NCBI GenBank assembly: GCA_034520505.1
Contig: JAXHNK010000007.1
Span: 86,694 to 150,693, forward strand
Origin: Anaerolineales bacterium
GTDB taxonomy: Bacteria > Chloroflexota > Anaerolineae > Anaerolineales > UBA11858
Length of the DNA: 64,000 nt
Reading direction: 5' to 3'
Part shown: positions 1 to 10,423 of the stretch, piece after piece
Position numbering within the stretch: position 1 is the stretch's first letter
How the letters are laid out: each line of letters starts with the position of its first letter
Translations under genes and position numbers: made by a program
Notes under the pieces: generated by a model
Told to the model about the DNA's origin: nothing
What the model saw: only the letters and a program-made list of their open reading frames with translations
The model's database searches: none

Positions 1-1
1 C

Positions 2-547
2 CCTGACGAGCGGTCCCACCAGGGGTTGTTCCTGGCTTTTCAGTACCCGGTGGCGGTTCCCGGGGTGTCCGTGGCCAATTTTTTGAGAACGGCGGTTAAT
101 TCCCGGCGTAAAGCTGATGATCCCGAAGACAAGGGAATTACTGTACCCGATTTCAGGAAATTATTGCGGGAAAAGCTCGAGCTGCTGCAAATGGACACCT
201 CGTTTGCTGGTCGATATCTTAACGACGGGTTTTCCGGTGGAGAAAAAAAACGGGTTGAAATCCTGCAGATGGCTACCCTGGAACCCAAGTTTTCAATCTT
301 AGATGAGACCGATTCCGGCCTGGACATTGACGCTTTACAGATAGTTGCCGACGGGGTTAATTCGGTCAAAGGATCAGATCAGGGAATTTTGATCATCACT
401 CATTATCAACGGATCCTAAATTATATAAAACCAGACTATGTCCACGTGATGTTGGCAGGGAGCATTGCTGAATCTGGAGGTCCTGAATTAGCGCTCAAGC
501 TCGAGGATAAAGGTTATGAGTGGTTAAGAGAAAAGCATGGAAATTAG
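2..547 (+). CDS. sufC: Fe-S cluster assembly ATPase SufC (5' end cut by window edge)
   Basis: Frame is open from base 2 (PDERSHQGLFLAFQYPV...). ABC signature 'FSGGEKKR', Walker B 'ILDETDSGLD' and 'IITHY' are present. sufB and sufD follow immediately. Confidence 0.9.
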   Translation, partial: PDERSHQGLFLAFQYPVAVPGVSVANFLRTAVNSRRKADDPEDKGITVPDFRKLLREKLELLQMDTSFAGRYLNDGFSGGEKKRVEILQMATLEPKFSILDETDSGLDIDALQIVADGVNSVKGSDQGILIITHYQRILNYIKPDYVHVMLAGSIAESGGPELALKLEDKGYEWLREKHGN

Positions 548-588
548 TTTACTGGTAATTTTAGAGCAACCAAGGGAGAATAATTCAC

Positions 589-1995
589 ATGCCCACGGAT
601 GAAAAGTTATTGGAAAGTGTTGGTGATTATAAGTACGGGTTCAGTGATCCGGAAACTCATGTCTTCAAATCCAGGAAAGGGCTTGATGAAGACATAGTCA
701 GAGAGATCTCGGCTATGAAGGGTGAGCCGGAGTGGATGTTGGAATACCGGTTGAAGGCCTTGAAACATTTTTATCAACGCCCGATGCCCACCTGGGGGCC
801 CGATTTATCCATTCTCAACCTCGATGATCTCTTTTATTATGTCAAACCCACAGACAAAGAAGGCAAGACCTGGGATGAGATACCAGATACCATCAAGAAC
901 ACCTTTGACCGGCTGGGAATTCCCGAGGCGGAGCAAAAGTTCTTGTCGGGAGTCGGTGCCCAGTATGAATCCGAGATGGTTTATCACAGCATCCATGAAC
1001 AGCTCGAAGAGCAGGGGGTAATTTTCAAGAGCATTGAGGATGGTCTGCGCGAACACCCTGACCTGTTCCGGGAATATTTTGGAAAAATAATTCCCTACAC
1101 GGATAACAAATTTGCTGCTTTGAACAGCGCGGTTTGGTCGGGCGGCTCTTTTGTTTATATCCCCAAGGGTTTGAAAGTTGATCTTCCCCTTCAGGCTTAT
1201 TTCCGGCTTAACGCCGCGAACATCGGACAGTTTGAACGCTCCTTGATCATTGCTGACGAGGGCGCCCAGGTGCACTATGTTGAAGGCTGCACGGCTCCCA
1301 CGTACACCACCGATTCATTCCACAGCGGCGTGATTGAAATTATGGTCAAAAAGAATGCCCGGGTCCGGTACACGACTATTCAGAATTGGTCTCACAACGT
1401 ATTCAACCTGGTGACCCAACGGGCCAAGGTCGAAGAAAAGGGGACTATGGAATGGGTGGATGCCAACCTGGGGTCCAAGATCACCATGAAGTACCCTTCC
1501 TGTATTTTGATGGGCAAAGGAGCTCATGGAGAGATCCTGTCCATTGCCTTTTCCGGGAAAGGCCAGCATCATGATACCGGAGGAAAAGTTATCCACCTGG
1601 CTCCGGATACCACCAGTAAGATCATTTCCAAGTCCATCAGCAAAGACAGCGGCCGGGCTTCTTACCGCGGTTTGATGAAGGTCAATAAGGGAAACCCCAA
1701 TGTCCGTTCCAATGTGGTCTGCGACGCTCTGTTATTGGACGATCATTCCCGCTCGGACACTTATCCTTATATTGAGATTGATGAGCAAGATGTCAATATC
1801 GGACATGAGGCTTCTGTTTCCAAGGTAGAAGAAGAGCAGCTTTTCTATTTGATGAGCCGGGGTTTGAGTGAAGAGCAAGCCATCAGTATGGTCGTGGCGG
1901 GTTTTATTGAACCGTTGGTCAAAGAGCTTCCTATGGAATATGCAATCGAAATGAACCGACTGATCCAGCTGCAGATGGAAGGATCGATCGGCTAG
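589..1995 (+). CDS. sufB: Fe-S cluster assembly scaffold SufB
   Basis: 468 aa with SufB-typical blocks ('[23 protein letters not shown]', '[18 protein letters not shown]', '[20 protein letters not shown]'). AGGGAG RBS upstream; lies between sufC and sufD. Confidence 0.93.
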   Translation: MPTDEKLLESVGDYKYGFSDPETHVFKSRKGLDEDIVREISAMKGEPEWMLEYRLKALKHFYQRPMPTWGPDLSILNLDDLFYYVKPTDKEGKTWDEIPDTIKNTFDRLGIPEAEQKFLSGVGAQYESEMVYHSIHEQLEEQGVIFKSIEDGLREHPDLFREYFGKIIPYTDNKFAALNSAVWSGGSFVYIPKGLKVDLPLQAYFRLNAANIGQFERSLIIADEGAQVHYVEGCTAPTYTTDSFHSGVIEIMVKKNARVRYTTIQNWSHNVFNLVTQRAKVEEKGTMEWVDANLGSKITMKYPSCILMGKGAHGEILSIAFSGKGQHHDTGGKVIHLAPDTTSKIISKSISKDSGRASYRGLMKVNKGNPNVRSNVVCDALLLDDHSRSDTYPYIEIDEQDVNIGHEASVSKVEEEQLFYLMSRGLSEEQAISMVVAGFIEPLVKELPMEYAIEMNRLIQLQMEGSIG

Positions 1996-2007
1996 AGAAG
2001 GATCGTT

Positions 2008-3330
2008 ATGGCATCCAAGCAAAAGTCAAAACAGTTTAATTTTACAGATCAACAGCCGGAAGGGGCAGCCAGCGCTCCCCGCATACTGGGCGAGTATCAG
2101 CAAAAAGCCTGGGAAGTTTATCAATCGCTTCCCTTTCCCACCCTGAAAGATGAGGCCTGGAGGAGGACATCCCTGCGTTCACTGGATCTGGAATCCTTCC
2201 AGCTCAGCAACGGAAAACAACGATCAGACGGGGAGGCCAAGATCCCGGATCAGTTACTTCGACCGGTATCTGCTGAGGATTCCGGGGGTCAAGCCCTGAT
2301 CAGCCCGGAAGGGGTCACGGTCACCCTTGAGGACGGGTTAGCTGCTGAAGGGTTGATTTTCACGGATTTGAAAACAGCAGCCGCGGAGCATCCCCAGCTG
2401 CTGGAAAAAATAATGGGCAGCACAGTCCCTCCGGAGGAAGGCAAATTCGCCGCCCTGACAGCTGCTTACGGCGATAAAGGTTTATTCCTCTATGTTCCCC
2501 GCAATATGCGGGTTGATAAACCGCTGCATAGTCTCACCTGGGCTTCCGGAAGCGGTCAGGCCCTTTTTTCACAGTTGTTAATCTACCTGGAAGAGGGGGC
2601 TTCGCTTGATTATATCCACGAATCCAGTTCTCCGGGAGAGACTGAAAAAGAATCTTTTCTGGGTGAAAATGTCGAAATTGTCCTGGGGAAAAACGCCCGA
2701 CTAACCCTGGCTGACTTGCAAACCTTGGGCACCAACGTCTGGAGCATAGCGCATAAAAACGCCAGGTTAGAAAGGGATGCCCATCTCGATTGGGTGATGG
2801 GAGAATTGGGGTCAAAGCTGAACAAACATTTTATCTCCGTTGATCTGGATGGAGAAGGGGCTGAGGGCCAGGTGTCTGCGCTGTTTTTTGCGGGTGGAGG
2901 CCAGCATTTATCCTTCAACACCAGACAGAATCACAATGCCCCTCATACCAACAGTGATCTTTTATTCAAGGGAGCTCTCAAAGAGGACGGCCGTTCGGTA
3001 TGGCGCGGGATGATTTATGTAGCGCCCGGAGCTAGGAACATTGACGGTTATCAGGCGAACCGCAACATGATACTCAGCGATCAAGCCCGCTCTGATTCCA
3101 TTCCCGGGCTGGAAATCCTGAACAATGATGTCCGCTGCACCCATGGATCCACGGTAGGAAAGATTGATCGGGAACAGCTTTTTTATCTTCAGGCGCGGGG
3201 AATACCCCGGGAGCAAGCTGAACAGTTGATCCTTCAGGGTTTCTTTGAAGTAATTTTTGGACGGATTCCTTATCAAAGTATCCAGGACCGGTTGTGGTCC
3301 TTAATTGAACAGAAGTTAAATCTTAGTTGA
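2008..3330 (+). CDS. sufD: Fe-S cluster assembly protein SufD
   Basis: 440 aa SufB/SufD-family beta-helix C-terminus ('GSTVGKIDREQLFYLQARGI'). Sits 12 nt after sufB. Confidence 0.85.
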   Translation: MASKQKSKQFNFTDQQPEGAASAPRILGEYQQKAWEVYQSLPFPTLKDEAWRRTSLRSLDLESFQLSNGKQRSDGEAKIPDQLLRPVSAEDSGGQALISPEGVTVTLEDGLAAEGLIFTDLKTAAAEHPQLLEKIMGSTVPPEEGKFAALTAAYGDKGLFLYVPRNMRVDKPLHSLTWASGSGQALFSQLLIYLEEGASLDYIHESSSPGETEKESFLGENVEIVLGKNARLTLADLQTLGTNVWSIAHKNARLERDAHLDWVMGELGSKLNKHFISVDLDGEGAEGQVSALFFAGGGQHLSFNTRQNHNAPHTNSDLLFKGALKEDGRSVWRGMIYVAPGARNIDGYQANRNMILSDQARSDSIPGLEILNNDVRCTHGSTVGKIDREQLFYLQARGIPREQAEQLILQGFFEVIFGRIPYQSIQDRLWSLIEQKLNLS

Positions 3331-3471
3331 ATAAAATCAGCTGATCTGCGGTAAATACATACTCTGTCGGCCGATCATCTTCCTGTCAAGAAACAGCTGG
3401 ATATGATAGGATACATGACGGGAGGCAGATATTGGTTTCAGGGATAACTAGCGATAAATGCGGAGGGCAAC

Positions 3472-3753
3472 TTGGCCGGAATTCCATTTTCATCACCCCC
3501 AGAGAGCGATAAAGACTATCAGATAGGAGATCACGTAGAAGTTTACTGTGACCATGATCTGGAGGACGACCGAGTCCGGGATTGGTTAGAAGGCGTGGTA
3601 GTTAAGAAAGGGCACAAAAAAGTCGCCGTTCAATTCCAAAAGAATGTTTATTTAACGGACGGTTGGATGGTTCCAGATCGCGTGCTGTGGTGTCCTGTCG
3701 AATCGAAAAACATCAGAGGAATAAGGAAAAGAAAAAAATCCCGGAAAGCGTAG
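3472..3753 (+). CDS. hypothetical small protein with Lys/Arg-rich C-terminal tail, embedded in the suf operon
   Basis: 93-aa ORF with a TTG start 5 nt after GGAGG (3462-3466). Ends 17 nt before the sufS ATG. No family recognised. Confidence 0.45.
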   Translation: MAGIPFSSPPESDKDYQIGDHVEVYCDHDLEDDRVRDWLEGVVVKKGHKKVAVQFQKNVYLTDGWMVPDRVLWCPVESKNIRGIRKRKKSRKA

Positions 3754-3770
3754 GTTCTAACCTGACCGGG

Positions 3771-5027
3771 ATGGAGATCCCTATGGTAAATGCTGAAATA
3801 ACAGGATTCGACGCCAGCAGAATACGTCAGGATTTTCCTCTTCTGGCCCGTAAATTATCCAACGGGAAGCGAATTGTCTATTTAGATTCGGCAGCGACCA
3901 GTCAAAAACCGGAATCAGTCATCATCTCGATGTCTGAATATTACCGGCGGTCTAATGCCAACATTCACCGGGGGGTCCATTCCCTGGCAGAAGAGGCTAC
4001 TGGAGCCTATGAGGCAGCGAGGGAAAAAGTAGCGGATTTCATCAAAGCCCCATCACCAGAAGAAATTGTATTTACCAGGAATACCACCGAATCAATTAAC
4101 CTGGTCGCTCAAACCTGGGGTAAAGAGAACCTGGAAGCCGGGGATACGATCCTGCTCTCGGAGATGGAGCATCATTCCAATTTAATTCCCTGGCAGATGC
4201 TGGCCGCCGAAAAAGACCTCAAGCTGGAATTTATCCCGGTTACGGATCAGGGGCTGCTGGATCTGGAAGTGTATCGTTCCCAGCTCAGTCAGGGGCCTAA
4301 ATTATTGGCCGTGACCCAGATGTCCAATGTCCTGGGAACCATCAATCCTGTTCAGGAGATGATTTCCCTGGCCAGGGAGCAAGGGGCAGTAACTTTAATT
4401 GATGCTGCTCAATCTGTTCCCCATCTGCCGGTTGATGTGACCGCACTGGATGCGGATTTCCTGGTGTTTTCAGCACATAAAATGTGCGGTCCTACGGGGA
4501 TTGGAGTCCTCTACGGGAAGAGTAAATTACTGCACGAAATGCCGCCGTTTTTGGGAGGCGGTGAGATGATTAAGAGTGTCCAACTCCGTTCGTTTACGGT
4601 CAATGATGTCCCCCATAAATTTGAGGCTGGAACCCCGCCCATCGCCGAGGCCATTGGCCTGGGAGCCGCTGTTGATTACCTCCAAAAAATTGGGATGAAC
4701 GCTGTCCATCACCATGAAAAGGAGCTAATTGAGTATGCACTGGGAAGGTTGGGAGAACTTCCCGGGGTGAAGGTGTTTGGACCGGCTCCAGAACATAAAG
4801 GGGGTGTGGCATCTTTTTATCTGGAAGATGTTCATCCCCATGATATCGCTCAGATCCTGGATCATCAGGGGGTGGCGGTCAGAGCTGGACACCACTGTGC
4901 CCAACCTTTGCATCATAAATTTAACATCCCGGCAACTGCCAGGGCTAGTTTTTATCTGTATAACACCCGGGAAGACGTGGATCAGCTGATTGAAGGCATG
5001 AAGCAGGTTGACCGGATTTTTAGATAA
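3771..5027 (+). CDS. sufS: cysteine desulfurase SufS (class V aminotransferase, group II)
   Basis: 'VYLDSAATSQKP', PLP-lysine context 'FSAHKMCGPTGIG' and 'RAGHHCAQPL' active-site loop. I chose the ATG at 3771 (418 aa), or 3783. The track start at 3663 would overlap the upstream ORF. Confidence 0.9.
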   Translation: MEIPMVNAEITGFDASRIRQDFPLLARKLSNGKRIVYLDSAATSQKPESVIISMSEYYRRSNANIHRGVHSLAEEATGAYEAAREKVADFIKAPSPEEIVFTRNTTESINLVAQTWGKENLEAGDTILLSEMEHHSNLIPWQMLAAEKDLKLEFIPVTDQGLLDLEVYRSQLSQGPKLLAVTQMSNVLGTINPVQEMISLAREQGAVTLIDAAQSVPHLPVDVTALDADFLVFSAHKMCGPTGIGVLYGKSKLLHEMPPFLGGGEMIKSVQLRSFTVNDVPHKFEAGTPPIAEAIGLGAAVDYLQKIGMNAVHHHEKELIEYALGRLGELPGVKVFGPAPEHKGGVASFYLEDVHPHDIAQILDHQGVAVRAGHHCAQPLHHKFNIPATARASFYLYNTREDVDQLIEGMKQVDRIFR

Positions 5028-5059
5028 AACCCGGCTGGAGCTCCAAGGGATCAAGGAAA

Positions 5060-5458
5060 ATGACTATGGAAGACTTTTACCGTGAAATGATCATCGAAAG
5101 ATATAAAACCCCCCGCCACAAGGGTACGCTTGACCCTCATGATTTTTCTTTTGAGGATGATAACCCTGCCTGCGGGGATCATCTCCAGATCGATGTTCGC
5201 CTGAACGAAGATCAGGAGGTCGTTGAGGCCGCCTTCAGCGGACATGGGTGTGCGATTTCACTGGCCTCGGCGGATTTGCTTCTGGAGTCTGTGATCGGGA
5301 AATCATTGGAAGAAGTGAAGGAACTATCCAAACAAGATGTTATCGATATGCTGGGAATTGAACTTGGCCCCGTCCGTTTAAAGTGTGCTTTGTTATCGTT
5401 GAAGGTGCTCAAAGCTGGAGCTTATGGGCTCGGAGAGTCCAGTGAAGATTTGGCCTGA
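5060..5458 (+). CDS. sufU: SufU/IscU-type sulfur acceptor (NifU N-terminal domain)
   Basis: 132 aa with 'NPACGD...', 'GHGCAIS' and 'RLKCALL' Cys motifs typical of SufE-independent SufU. Follows sufS. Confidence 0.85.
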   Translation: MTMEDFYREMIIERYKTPRHKGTLDPHDFSFEDDNPACGDHLQIDVRLNEDQEVVEAAFSGHGCAISLASADLLLESVIGKSLEEVKELSKQDVIDMLGIELGPVRLKCALLSLKVLKAGAYGLGESSEDLA

Positions 5459-5490
5459 TCAACCCTGATCAATAAAATTGACGGCTTAAT

Positions 5491-5530
5491 AAAAGGAACC
5501 CAGTTTGATTAGAATTGGGTTCCTTTTTTA
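5491..5530 (+). terminator. intrinsic terminator of the suf operon
   Basis: Perfect stem AAAAGGAACCCA (5491-5502) / TGGGTTCCTTTT (5516-5527) with a 13-nt loop, running into a T tract (5524-5529). Confidence 0.75.
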
Positions 5531-5759
5531 TCGAAGCAGCAGGAAGATGATGATAGATTTCCAGCAGCCGTTTCTCCGGAACGAGGTTCACCAGAACAGC
5601 CGCCCCCTTTTCCCGGAGGACAGGTTCTGCTTTGCGGTTTTGTTAGCATGCTCAGCCTGATTGAACTATCACCCTTACAGATAAGTTTCCAGCGATCAGT
5701 TCCTCAGTTTCCCCTCTTCCTGTACGGTATAATCAGGGAGAATTTTAGGAGCAGGGTTT

Positions 5760-7541
5760 ATGACCTTTCAGATTGGTGAAAACATCGGCCCCTATCGGCT
5801 GGTAGAAAAACTTGGCAAAGGGGGGATGGCGACTGTATTTAAAGCCTATCATGCCCGGCTGGATCGGTACGTGGCTATCAAGGCTTTACATCCGGCATTC
5901 ATGGAAAACGAGGGGTTCCTGGATCGGTTTCAGCGGGAGGCAAAGGTAGTTGCCCGGTTGGAACATCCCCATATCGTTCCTATTTTTGACTATTCGGAGC
6001 ATGAGGAAAGACCTTATCTGGTATTGAAATATGTCAAAGGCCAGACCCTCAAAGCGTATTTATCAGATCGGGTGATGCCCTTTCCGGAAGTCAGGCGAAT
6101 TTTTGAGGCTGTCAGCTATGCGCTGGTATATGCCCATCAGCAGGGGGTGCTGCACCGGGACATCAAGCCTTCCAACGTCTTGATCGAGGAAGGGGGTCAA
6201 ATATTCTTGGCGGATTTCGGGTTGGCTCGGATAGCCGAAACCAGCCAAACCACCATGTCCGCGCAGATGATGATGGGGACTCCGCATTACATTTCCCCGG
6301 AACAGGCCCAGGGATTGGCGGACCTGGACGAAGGCACTGATATTTATTCCCTGGGCGTGATGATGTATGAGCTGCTGGTAGGAGAAGTTCCTTTTCAGGC
6401 GGATACTCCCTTTTCTGTGATTCACGATCATATTTACAGCCCCCTGCCGATGCCCCGGGAGATCAACCCTGATCTCACTGAGGAAATTCAGCGGGTGCTG
6501 CTCAAATCGCTGGCCAAGTCCCGGGCTGATCGTTATGCGAACCTGGCTGAGATGGTCCGCGATTTCCTGATTGCCCTGGATCGGCAAATCGAGCAAACCG
6601 GACCCCAGAACCCCCGGAAAAAGGCTCCAGTTTACCCCGGGGGACAAGCGAACCGGCAAACCGGCAGTGCCGGAGCGGCTTATCAGCCGACGGTGCAGGT
6701 TGTACAGGAAGCATCTGCACCGGCCCATCCCAGGCGGGAAAAAGTAAAGGCCGGAGGAGGAAAGTTTTCCCTTCCGGGTTTAACCTGGTGGTTTGTGCTT
6801 CCTTCTTTGGTCCTGTTCTTTTTAGCAGCCGCGGTGGTTTCCAGTGCTGCCGGACATCCGGGACCGGATTTAATTACTCCTCCTACCCTGACTCAAGAAG
6901 CAGGACAGTCTTTTATCAATTATGAAAACGAAAAGACGGCTGACCTGCGTGCTCAGATCAGTAATCATCCCCGGGATCCCTTTTTGCTCATCGAGCTGGG
7001 CGTGGAACTGTGGCAAAATGGCCATCAGCAGGAGGCGGAAGGATACTTTAAACGGGCTTATGAAGTAGCCGAAAAGAACCCGGAAAATTACCTGCAGATA
7101 GGTGACTTATTGGCTGATATCGGGATGTGGACTTATTCAACCATTAGTTATCTGCAGCTGGAAAAACATGAAACCGCTGTTCCTCCGGATGTGGTAGAGG
7201 ATAAGATCCGTCGATCTGCCTATTATGCCGGGTTTGAGGAAAATTCTCTGCTTCTCCTTTCCCGTCCGGAGGTTCAGCTGGACAACGATCTGCTTCGTCT
7301 GGTTGAAACCAGAAAAATGATCCTCGGTGGTAGAATGGAATTTGCCGAATTATTGATCAACCGAATCGCTGGTTCACGCCCGGACCTGGAAGAAGTCCGC
7401 TTATTAAGGGCGGATTTGCTCCTTGCCCAGGGTAATCCTGAAGGTGCGAAAATTGAACTGAACCAGCTGCTGCAGCTGGAAGATCTGCCTGGCTGGATCC
7501 GGGATGAGGCTGAGTCCAAGCGAAGAGAACTTAATTCTTAA
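5760..7541 (+). CDS. Ser/Thr protein kinase with one TM helix and an extracytoplasmic helical-repeat (TPR-like) domain
   Basis: Hanks kinase motifs 'GKGGMATVFKA', 'HRDIKPSNVLI', 'DFGLAR' and 'SPEQ'. TM segment 'WWFVLPSLVLFFLAAAVV'. C-terminal helical repeats. Confidence 0.9.
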   Translation: MTFQIGENIGPYRLVEKLGKGGMATVFKAYHARLDRYVAIKALHPAFMENEGFLDRFQREAKVVARLEHPHIVPIFDYSEHEERPYLVLKYVKGQTLKAYLSDRVMPFPEVRRIFEAVSYALVYAHQQGVLHRDIKPSNVLIEEGGQIFLADFGLARIAETSQTTMSAQMMMGTPHYISPEQAQGLADLDEGTDIYSLGVMMYELLVGEVPFQADTPFSVIHDHIYSPLPMPREINPDLTEEIQRVLLKSLAKSRADRYANLAEMVRDFLIALDRQIEQTGPQNPRKKAPVYPGGQANRQTGSAGAAYQPTVQVVQEASAPAHPRREKVKAGGGKFSLPGLTWWFVLPSLVLFFLAAAVVSSAAGHPGPDLITPPTLTQEAGQSFINYENEKTADLRAQISNHPRDPFLLIELGVELWQNGHQQEAEGYFKRAYEVAEKNPENYLQIGDLLADIGMWTYSTISYLQLEKHETAVPPDVVEDKIRRSAYYAGFEENSLLLLSRPEVQLDNDLLRLVETRKMILGGRMEFAELLINRIAGSRPDLEEVRLLRADLLLAQGNPEGAKIELNQLLQLEDLPGWIRDEAESKRRELNS

Positions 7542-7583
7542 GATACCGCTAATTGGGATTGATTTAGAAAATCGGGAGGAAAA

Positions 7584-8345
7584 ATGCGAGTACCGTGTGT
7601 GGCCGGTAATTGGAAGATGCATAAAACTGTCGCTGAAGCTGAAAAACTGGCGATGGAACTGAAAACCAGGCTGGCTGAGATCGATTCAGTAGAAAATGTG
7701 ATCTGCCCGCCTTTTACAGCTCTGGCACCGCTGTCAAAACTGTTGGAGGGATCTTCCCTCGCCCTGGGGGCGCAGAATATGTTCTGGGAAGAGGAAGGAG
7801 CTTACACTGCCGAGATTTCTCCGGGGATGGTAGCGGAACTGGCTTCTCACGTTATCCTCGGCCATTCAGAAAGGCGGGCTCATTTTGGCGATAGCGATCA
7901 AACAGTGAACCGCCGGGTCCTCAAGGCGCTGGAATATGATTTGATTCCCATTATCTGTGTGGGAGAGACCCTGGAAGAAAATGAATCCGGTCGAACGGAG
8001 GAAGTAGTCACCCGCCAGGTACGGGAAGTTTTACAGGGGGTGGAGGTCGACCAGGGAGGCGAATTAATGATCGCCTATGAACCGGTCTGGGCGATCGGGA
8101 CCGGAAAAGCAGCGACACCGGAAGGAGCCAATGAGGTCATTGGCGGTGTGATCCGGGAGCAAGTTGCCCGGATCCTGGGCCGGGAGATCGCTGATCAGGT
8201 CCGGATCTTGTACGGCGGTTCTGTCAAACCCCATAATGCCGCGGATTTCTTTTCCCGGTCGGATATCGATGGGGCTTTAGTGGGAGGAGCCAGTTTGCAG
8301 GCTGATCCTTTCACTGCCATCACCAAGGCGGCGGCGGAGAATTAG
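7584..8345 (+). CDS. tpiA: triose-phosphate isomerase
   Basis: 'AGNWKMHKT', 'GHSERR', 'YEPVWAIGTG' and 'LYGGSV' motifs; GGAGG RBS. Confidence 0.95.
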   Translation: MRVPCVAGNWKMHKTVAEAEKLAMELKTRLAEIDSVENVICPPFTALAPLSKLLEGSSLALGAQNMFWEEEGAYTAEISPGMVAELASHVILGHSERRAHFGDSDQTVNRRVLKALEYDLIPIICVGETLEENESGRTEEVVTRQVREVLQGVEVDQGGELMIAYEPVWAIGTGKAATPEGANEVIGGVIREQVARILGREIADQVRILYGGSVKPHNAADFFSRSDIDGALVGGASLQADPFTAITKAAAEN

Positions 8346-8354
8346 TCGGGGGGT

Positions 8355-8981
8355 CTATCCGGTGCCAAATTGACGGTCACCTGCATCCCCTAGCCCGGGG
8401 ACAATAAATCCATTTTCATTGAGATGGTCATCAATGACGGCCAGATGTAAAGGAACGTCTGGATGTGCTTTCTGCATGGCCTGCACCCCTTCGGGTGCGG
8501 CCAGAATTCCCAGGAATTTTATTTTCCTTACCCCCCAATCTTTGAGAATTTGGACGGTGGCAACAGCCGATCCTCCAGTAGCCAGCATGGGGTCAAGCAC
8601 CAGACAAACGGATACCGTGGGTTCCAGGGGGAGTTTGTTGTAATATTCTACTGGTTGGAGGGTCCTTTCGTCGCGGTATAGACCGATGTGCCAGACTTCA
8701 GCTGAGGGCATTAAGCCCCAGATTCCTTCAACCATCCCTAAACCGGAACGGAGAATGGGGATCAGACCGATGGGCTGTTTTAATTCGCAGCCTGTCGTTA
8801 TGCCCAGGGGAGTGGTGACCTCCCGCTCGGAAGTAGTTAAATCGCTGGTTGCTTCATAAGCCAACAAGGCAGAAGTTTCCCGGATTAGCTCCCGGAATTT
8901 TTTGGATTTTGTGTTCTTGTCCCGCAGCCTGGTTAGTTTATGGGCTACCAGGGGGTGATTGGATGCATAGATATTGCTCAT
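8355..8981 (-). CDS. upp: uracil phosphoribosyltransferase
   Basis: 208 aa: 'HPLVAHKLTRLRDKNT', PRPP loop 'VLDPMLATGGS' and 'IVPGLGDAGDR'. Confidence 0.95.
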   Translation of the reverse strand: MSNIYASNHPLVAHKLTRLRDKNTKSKKFRELIRETSALLAYEATSDLTTSEREVTTPLGITTGCELKQPIGLIPILRSGLGMVEGIWGLMPSAEVWHIGLYRDERTLQPVEYYNKLPLEPTVSVCLVLDPMLATGGSAVATVQILKDWGVRKIKFLGILAAPEGVQAMQKAHPDVPLHLAVIDDHLNENGFIVPGLGDAGDRQFGTG

Positions 8982-9117
8982 TAAAACCTCCGCGCTTGGT
9001 CGAAAATCTGGTCTTGGTCTGGGTCAGCAGTTGAACCCATCCTTTGATTATAACTGGGTCTTTCCCGGCAGGGTGTATTTCCTACGCAATTTGGAGTGAC
9101 TTCGGTATAATCTAGCT

Positions 9118-10152
9118 ATGATGGAAAACGAATCTGAACGGATAATCACCCCCAGCCAGAAATCCGGGGATCATTTGGACCACGCCCTGCGGCCCCAGAA
9201 TTTAACCCAGATGATAGGCCAATCTCAGGTCAAAGAGAACCTGGAGATTCTGATCTCGGCTGCCAGGCATCGAGAAGAAGCCCTGGATCATGTCATGTTC
9301 TACGGTCCCCCGGGTCTGGGAAAGACCACCCTGGCCCATATCCTGGCCAACGAGATGGAAGTGAGAATTAAGGTCACTTCTGGCCCGGCTATTGAAAGGG
9401 CGGGTGACCTGGCGGCGATTTTGACTAATTTAAACGCCGGAGATATCCTTTTTATCGATGAAATCCACCGGCTGGGCAAGGCTGTCGAAGAGGTGCTTTA
9501 TCCTGCCATGGAGGATTTTCGCCTGGATATTGTGATCGGGAAAGGCCCCTCGGCTCGTTCGGTGCGGTTAAAACTGCCGCGGTTCACTATAGTAGGAGCA
9601 ACCACCCGGTTGGCTCTGGTAACCGCTCCTCTCCGAGCCCGGTTTGGAGCAGTTTACCGGCTGGATTATTATTCACCGGAATCGATGGAATTGATCATCA
9701 AGCAGGCTGCTGAGAAACTGCAGGTTCCTACCGAATCCGAGGGCATCACCGAGATTGCCGTGCGGGCCAGGGGTACTCCCCGGGTTGCCTTACGTCTGCT
9801 CCGCCGGGTGCGGGATTATGCTCAGGTCCGGGCGGACGGTGTGATCACTCCGGACATATCATTGGATGCTCTCAACCTTTTGAGCATCGATGAAAAAGGG
9901 CTGGATGATATGGACCGGCGGGTGCTGCGGGCTATCACGGTCAAGTATCAGGGTGGGCCGGTAGGTTTAAAAACCATCGCTGCCTCTATCCGGGAAGATC
10001 CTGACACGATTATGGACGTAGTCGAGCCTTATCTGCTTCAAATGGGTTTTTTACAGAGGACGGCTCAAGGGCGGATGGCAACCAAACAGGCTTATCTGCA
10101 TCTGGGGATCGATCCTCCTGAGGATACCCGGCAGCCGAGGTTGATCGATTAG
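9118..10152 (+). CDS. ruvB: Holliday junction branch-migration helicase RuvB
   Basis: 'LRPQNL..IGQ', Walker A '[11 protein letters not shown]', Walker B '[10 protein letters not shown]' and a C-terminal winged helix. Confidence 0.95.
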   Translation: MMENESERIITPSQKSGDHLDHALRPQNLTQMIGQSQVKENLEILISAARHREEALDHVMFYGPPGLGKTTLAHILANEMEVRIKVTSGPAIERAGDLAAILTNLNAGDILFIDEIHRLGKAVEEVLYPAMEDFRLDIVIGKGPSARSVRLKLPRFTIVGATTRLALVTAPLRARFGAVYRLDYYSPESMELIIKQAAEKLQVPTESEGITEIAVRARGTPRVALRLLRRVRDYAQVRADGVITPDISLDALNLLSIDEKGLDDMDRRVLRAITVKYQGGPVGLKTIAASIREDPDTIMDVVEPYLLQMGFLQRTAQGRMATKQAYLHLGIDPPEDTRQPRLID

Positions 10153-10154
10153 AA

Positions 10155-10400
10155 GTGGGTGAGGATATGGACCTTCAGAATATCGCCCGGTATTTCGCTG
10201 TGGCAGGGATACTGTTTCTGGTCCTGGCGGGAGGGTTTGCCCTGCTTGCCCGGCTGGATATCCCGCTGGCGAAGTTACCGGGAAATATCCTCATTCGCCG
10301 GGAACATTTTACCTGCATTTTCCCCCTGGCCCTATCCCTAGGTTTATCTCTGGTATTATCCTTGGTGTTGAACCTGATTATCAGAGTCATCGGAAAATAG
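10155..10400 (+). CDS. DUF2905-like small membrane protein
   Basis: 81 aa (GTG at 10155; alternative ATG at 10167), two TM helices flanking 'LAKLPGNILIRREHFTCIFPL'. The position after ruvB is common for this family. Confidence 0.55.
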   Translation: MGEDMDLQNIARYFAVAGILFLVLAGGFALLARLDIPLAKLPGNILIRREHFTCIFPLALSLGLSLVLSLVLNLIIRVIGK

Positions 10401-10423
10401 GTTAACCTCCCAGGAATATACCA

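Noticed and set aside
3663-3770. N-terminal extension of the sufS ORF (track start at 3663).
   Set aside because: The extension overlaps the 93-aa ORF in another frame and is Lys/Arg-rich junk. SufS homology begins near MEIPMVNAEITGFD, so ATG 3771 was chosen.
5728-5733. TATAAT hexamer upstream of the kinase gene. Similar isolated -10-like hexamers at 52937-52942 and 35022-35027 (the latter with a TGn extension).
   Set aside because: I found no convincing -35 partner at the proper spacing. They are left as unreported possibilities rather than called promoters.
6063-6728. 221-aa ORF antisense to the Ser/Thr kinase gene. Similar long antisense or alternate-frame ORFs: 15325-16026, 11710-12378, 21594-22136, 35266-35748, 36978-37469, 40083-40589, 41394-42038, 42863-43333, 44146-44661 and 46687-47145.
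   Set aside because: All lie fully inside genes with strong family motifs on the other strand or frame. They have Arg/Gly/Pro/Ser-skewed, low-complexity translations and lack RBSs. They are typical shadow ORFs.
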